Source of the DNA: Geopsychrobacteraceae bacterium
GTDB lineage: Bacteria > Desulfobacterota > Desulfuromonadia > Desulfuromonadales > Geopsychrobacteraceae
Reading direction: 5' to 3'
Length of the DNA stretch: 64,000 nt
Assembly (NCBI GenBank): GCA_963662315.1
Contig: OY759353.1
Location: forward strand, 2,080,001 to 2,144,000
In this document: piece by piece, positions 60,024-64,000 of the stretch
Numbering within the stretch: the first letter of the stretch is position 1
Layout: each line of letters opens with the position of its first letter
Notes under the pieces: generated by a model
The model's input: only the letters and a program-made list of their open reading frames with translations
What the model was told of the DNA's origin: nothing
The model's database searches: none
Position numbers and translations under genes: made by a program

Positions 60024-63000
60024 TTAAGGTTGAGTGCCGTCAAAGATACTTCTTACCAGCTGGCTCAGTTCCGCCAGATTTAAGGGTTTTTGCAGGTAAG
60101 AGCAAATGCCCTGCCGCCGAATCTCCTGCTCATTGATGATGGCGCTGTAGCCACTGCATAAAATAACCGGCAGATCAGGTTTCTGCTTCAGCAGTTCGGA
60201 GGACAGTTCCTGTCCAGTCATATCAGGCATGGTCTGATCGGTAATGACCAGATCAAAGTGATTCGGATCGGCTCGGAACAGCTCCAGAGCTTTGTGGGCA
60301 TTATTAACTGTGGTGACTTCATAACCATGTTCTCTGAGCAACTGGCCAGAGACCTCCAGTAAAGCTTCTTCATCATCAACAATCAGGATATGTTCATGCC
60401 CACGGGGCAAACGGTTATCTGGCTCTTCAACGCAAGAGATTTTCAATGGCTGATTATCACAGAGGGGAAAGTACACAGAAAACCGGGATCCCTGCCCGGG
60501 ATCACTCTGAACAGTAATAAACCCGTCATGACTGTCAACGATACCTTGCACGACCGCCAACCCCATGCCGGTCCCTTTTCCGACATCCTTGGTCGTAAAA
60601 AAGGGATCAAAAATTTTATCCAGAGTTTCCGGATCAATCCCACAACCATCATCACTGACCGCCAGACAGGCGTAGTCCCCCGACTTAAAATCCCGCCCTT
60701 TCGGCAAGTCCTGCTCGCCCAGCTCAACCAACTCCAGCCCGATGTCAAGATGCCCTTTTTCCTGCATAGCCTGCACACCGTTGTTACAGAGATTCAGCAA
60801 AATCTGCTGTAACTGTGTCGGGTCGGCAGAAATACTTGCATAAGTAGCATTGGTGGCAATATTCAAACGCACATCGACCGTTGCCGGAATGGTTGGGCGC
60901 AACATGCTGAGCAAATCATTCAAGTGTTCGGACAGTACCAGAGACCCTTTATTCTGAATCCCCTGGCGGCTGTAAAGAAGAATTTTCTGCACCAGATCTT
61001 TGGCCTTTAATATCGTGGTCTTGGCATTGTTCAGATACCCCTTGAGAGGGCTGGAAGGTGGAATTTTCAACAATGACAATTCAACATTGCCCAGGATAAT
61101 GGCCAGACTGTTATTGAAATCATGGGCGATACCACCGGCCATGGTTCCAATCGCTTCCATTTTATAAACCTGGCGCAGCTGATCTTCGAGTTCAAGTCGC
61201 TTCTGTTCCGCTTCTCTGATCGGACGCATATCGACATCAACACAGTAAAGCTCTTTTCCTTCTCCAGCCTGGTGCAGGAGATGTGAAGAAAAAACCGGAA
61301 CCTCACGACCATCCTTACCAACCAATAACAACTCTTCTGCGGGTATGGCGATGCCAGTTTCAAGCCATTCATTAATTCCGTCAATAACCGCGTCTTTCAT
61401 GGGTTCCGGAATAATCAGGTCTTCCAGATGGCGACCAAGAGCCTCTTCTTCACGGTAGCCATACAACTCTTCACTGGCCTTATTCCAGAAAATTACCCGT
61501 CGCTTTTCATCGTACCCCTGGATCGCGATCCGGCTAACCTGCTCAATCAGAAGACGGAAACGGGCCTCACTCTCCAGCCGTTTGGCTTCCGCCAATTTCC
61601 CCTTGGTCGCGTCAACAAAGGTCCCAATCAGACGCAGAGGCTTGCCGTTGGCGTCTCGTTCCAGGATCCGACCCCGCCCACGCAACCAAACAATCGATCC
61701 CTTCGGGCGCCGCACTTTGAAGATGTAATCGATACGTTCACTGCGTCCATCAAGATGGGAGCGGATCATGTTCTTTAATTCGACAAGGTCGGCATCATCA
61801 ACCAGAGCAAACAGATCCCCAATCTTCAGAGCGCTTTCACCATCAACACCAAACAACTCTCGACTCCGCAGATCCAGAGTAATATCATGCGTACCGACAT
61901 ACCACTCCCAGACACCGTCAGACACAGCATCCAGAGCTTTCTGTAACAGTTGATCCTGTTGTTCCTGCTTTTTCTGAAGATATTTTTTTTCGGTAATATC
62001 AATGGCAACCCCTTCAGTCACCAATTGCTCATCAGCTGCATACCTGCTGGTAAACCGATCCTGAAACCACAGCCATTCACCGTTTTTATGGCGAATACGA
62101 TATTCCAGTTCATGGGTTTCACCCGCTTTCATCCGGGCAAATAGATCTGTGATAACCCGGCGATCTTCCGGATGGATCGCCTCATACCAGAGTAGAGGCT
62201 GATCTCGCAGTTCATCAACAGATATACCAATAACTCTCTCAAGATGGGGCGAATAGCAGACCCCGCCTTTTCCCATCTGAAAAGAATAAATCAGTCCAGG
62301 AACCCGGTCGACCAAACCGCGATAGCGCTGCTCACTGGCTTCCAGCTGCTCAAACGCCTTTTGAGCCCGATAATTGGCCCGATACAGCAGAACTAAAAAA
62401 ACCAGCAAAACAAAAATGACGCCACAGACAACCAGAATGTACCCTTTTAGGTCACTCCAATTGATCCCGACCGGAGAATGGTAAAAAAACTCATCATCCA
62501 GGTGAAAATTGGCAGGGAGCTCACCTATGGCAATCAGATGACGAGTGATCTGGACCCACTTGGCAACATCCATATGGCCAATTTCACCACGGCCATTGGC
62601 AATCAGACTGCTTAGCACAGAAGCTTCATACAACAAGCTGTCCAGCCCCTTATGCGGGCAATAATTTTTTTGGATAAACTCAACTGACTCAGGAATATGA
62701 TCGAGGGCATAGTGCCACCCTTTCAGCGTTGCCAGCCTGAATTTTTCAACCATATCAGGGGATTTAGCGCATACCTCTTCACGCGTAAACAGCACGTCAC
62801 TGTAAAAGTGAATTCCGTACTCTCTGGGATTGATAATATTGACCTTCTGACCAATTAATTCGAGCGCGAAGGGTTCATTACTCAGATAACCGTTGAAAAC
62901 ATCGGTTTCATTATTCAATAGAGACTGGTAGTTAAAACTGGTCGGTATCCGTGAGACCCGGGACATCAAGTTTTCCTGCTGAAGCAGCGCCAGAAGCGGC

Positions 63001-63428
63001 AGGCTCAGATAACCGGGCGACAGCATAACCCGCTTATCAATAAAATCTTCCGGAGCTTCGATTCCCGAATCGGCCAAAGTCAGAAAGATGGTGGGAGCTT
63101 CCTGCATAATTGCAGCCACAGCGACAATGGGTTTCCCCTGACTACGGTCAACAATCAACCCGGAACTGGCGATACCAAAATCGGCCCGCCCCTCAACAAC
63201 TTCTTTCACCGGATCGTTCCCAGAAGATATGTCCCGGATCTCGACACTTAAACCAGCATCATTGTAATAGCCCTTTTCAAGAGCCATCAGATAGCCGGCA
63301 AACTGAAATTGATACGTCCAGGGTAGCTGGAGAACAACTTTACCGGAAGCAGCACAAACCGGATGAGCAAAGCAGAGCATAAGAACAACTATACTTCCAA
63401 TAAGTATCCTGGTTATGCCTGACATCAT
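60024..63428 (-). CDS. Hybrid sensor kinase (NMT1/THI5-like periplasmic domain, PAS domains, HisKA, HATPase, receiver)
   Basis: [40 protein letters not shown]. Confidence 0.93.
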   Translation of the reverse strand: MMSGITRILIGSIVVLMLCFAHPVCAASGKVVLQLPWTYQFQFAGYLMALEKGYYNDAGLSVEIRDISSGNDPVKEVVEGRADFGIASSGLIVDRSQGKPIVAVAAIMQEAPTIFLTLADSGIEAPEDFIDKRVMLSPGYLSLPLLALLQQENLMSRVSRIPTSFNYQSLLNNETDVFNGYLSNEPFALELIGQKVNIINPREYGIHFYSDVLFTREEVCAKSPDMVEKFRLATLKGWHYALDHIPESVEFIQKNYCPHKGLDSLLYEASVLSSLIANGRGEIGHMDVAKWVQITRHLIAIGELPANFHLDDEFFYHSPVGINWSDLKGYILVVCGVIFVLLVFLVLLYRANYRAQKAFEQLEASEQRYRGLVDRVPGLIYSFQMGKGGVCYSPHLERVIGISVDELRDQPLLWYEAIHPEDRRVITDLFARMKAGETHELEYRIRHKNGEWLWFQDRFTSRYAADEQLVTEGVAIDITEKKYLQKKQEQQDQLLQKALDAVSDGVWEWYVGTHDITLDLRSRELFGVDGESALKIGDLFALVDDADLVELKNMIRSHLDGRSERIDYIFKVRRPKGSIVWLRGRGRILERDANGKPLRLIGTFVDATKGKLAEAKRLESEARFRLLIEQVSRIAIQGYDEKRRVIFWNKASEELYGYREEEALGRHLEDLIIPEPMKDAVIDGINEWLETGIAIPAEELLLVGKDGREVPVFSSHLLHQAGEGKELYCVDVDMRPIREAEQKRLELEDQLRQVYKMEAIGTMAGGIAHDFNNSLAIILGNVELSLLKIPPSSPLKGYLNNAKTTILKAKDLVQKILLYSRQGIQNKGSLVLSEHLNDLLSMLRPTIPATVDVRLNIATNATYASISADPTQLQQILLNLCNNGVQAMQEKGHLDIGLELVELGEQDLPKGRDFKSGDYACLAVSDDGCGIDPETLDKIFDPFFTTKDVGKGTGMGLAVVQGIVDSHDGFITVQSDPGQGSRFSVYFPLCDNQPLKISCVEEPDNRLPRGHEHILIVDDEEALLEVSGQLLREHGYEVTTVNNAHKALELFRADPNHFDLVITDQTMPDMTGQELSSELLKQKPDLPVILCSGYSAIINEQEIRRQGICSYLQKPLNLAELSQLVRSIFDGTQP

Positions 63429-63792
63429 CCGGATTCTCCGCCCAACAAGAAATGATCAGATCCCCAATTGAATTAATATCTATTCCTCGCTAACATCTAA
63501 AATTCGGCCCTGAAGTAATCATCCCCCGCAAGTTCAAGTATGAATTATAAAAACCACATGTCAATCAACCCGGTAGATCTCGCGTCTGGGAAAATCTATA
63601 AATCCGGTTAAGAATTAGCGTGACCACAATGACCGCAATCTCCACAAAGAATTAAAATCTCAATATGTCCACAATCTTTACATCTATCTGATTAACTAAT
63701 TAATTTACTAAGCCATCCTTGGTTATTTTTTAGTGATATAGATTATTTTTCACACCGTCATGGTGTTTTCTTTGTGTTCAAGGAGATAACAG

Positions 63793-64000
63793 ATGAATTC
63801 GCGCTACTTAAAAAAACTGGCCATCGCCGCATTGGCAGGTCTCGTTCTGATGTTGACGAGCTGGGGTTGCAGCATACTGCAGACACCAGAAACCACATCG
63901 TCCAGCCCGGGAAAAACTGATGTCCTGGCTGAAGCCCATGCTGTAGAGAATGGTTGTGACAGCTGTCATGAGAATAACAATGGCCCAACAGACGACAACC
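63793..64000 (+). CDS. Lipoprotein c-type cytochrome (runs off the window end; absent from the ORF track)
   Basis: RBS AAGGAG; MNSRYLKKLAIAALAGLVLMLTSWGC lipobox, then LAEAH...CDSCH heme motif. Confidence 0.8.
   Translation, partial: MNSRYLKKLAIAALAGLVLMLTSWGCSILQTPETTSSSPGKTDVLAEAHAVENGCDSCHENNNGPTDDN

Noticed and set aside
1..64000. CRISPR array, tRNA or rRNA genes
   Set aside because: No regularly spaced repeats or recognisable tRNA/rRNA sequence seen by eye

Overview
Bacterial window of roughly 50% GC. Gene content (sigma54 systems, selenoprotein, c-type cytochrome, sulfurtransferase) suggests an anaerobic Desulfuromonadales-like deltaproteobacterium; this is inference. 1-20 kb: a BaeSR-like two-component system, a sigma54-controlled proline catabolism cluster (P5C dehydrogenase, proline dehydrogenase, Liv-type ABC transporter, two PAS-sigma54 activators), MFS/LysR and TRAP/TAXI genes. 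20.4-28.3 kb is the most unusual part: four minus-strand integron-type gene cassettes separated by attC sites, with no canonical IntI in the window. The array is headed by a two-gene element (IntI-like tyrosine recombinase without the integron insertion, plus an IS91-type HUH transposase) bounded by GTTRRRY-containing inverted repeats. One attC is split by an IS110/IS1111-type element whose downstream non-coding region looks like a two-loop bridge RNA with guides matching the attC target and its own ends. The same attC carries a 147-bp MITE-like insertion in its GTT core. Further on: an MCP; an orphan VgrG-FIX-toxin gene with a frameshifted immunity gene; cstA with BtsSR split by an XylR-like activator plus an MHETase/tannase-like lipoprotein; an FMN riboswitch-ribB; NDH-2; a rhodanese plus a UGA-recoded selenoprotein with SECIS; a hybrid kinase; and the start of a lipoprotein cytochrome c.
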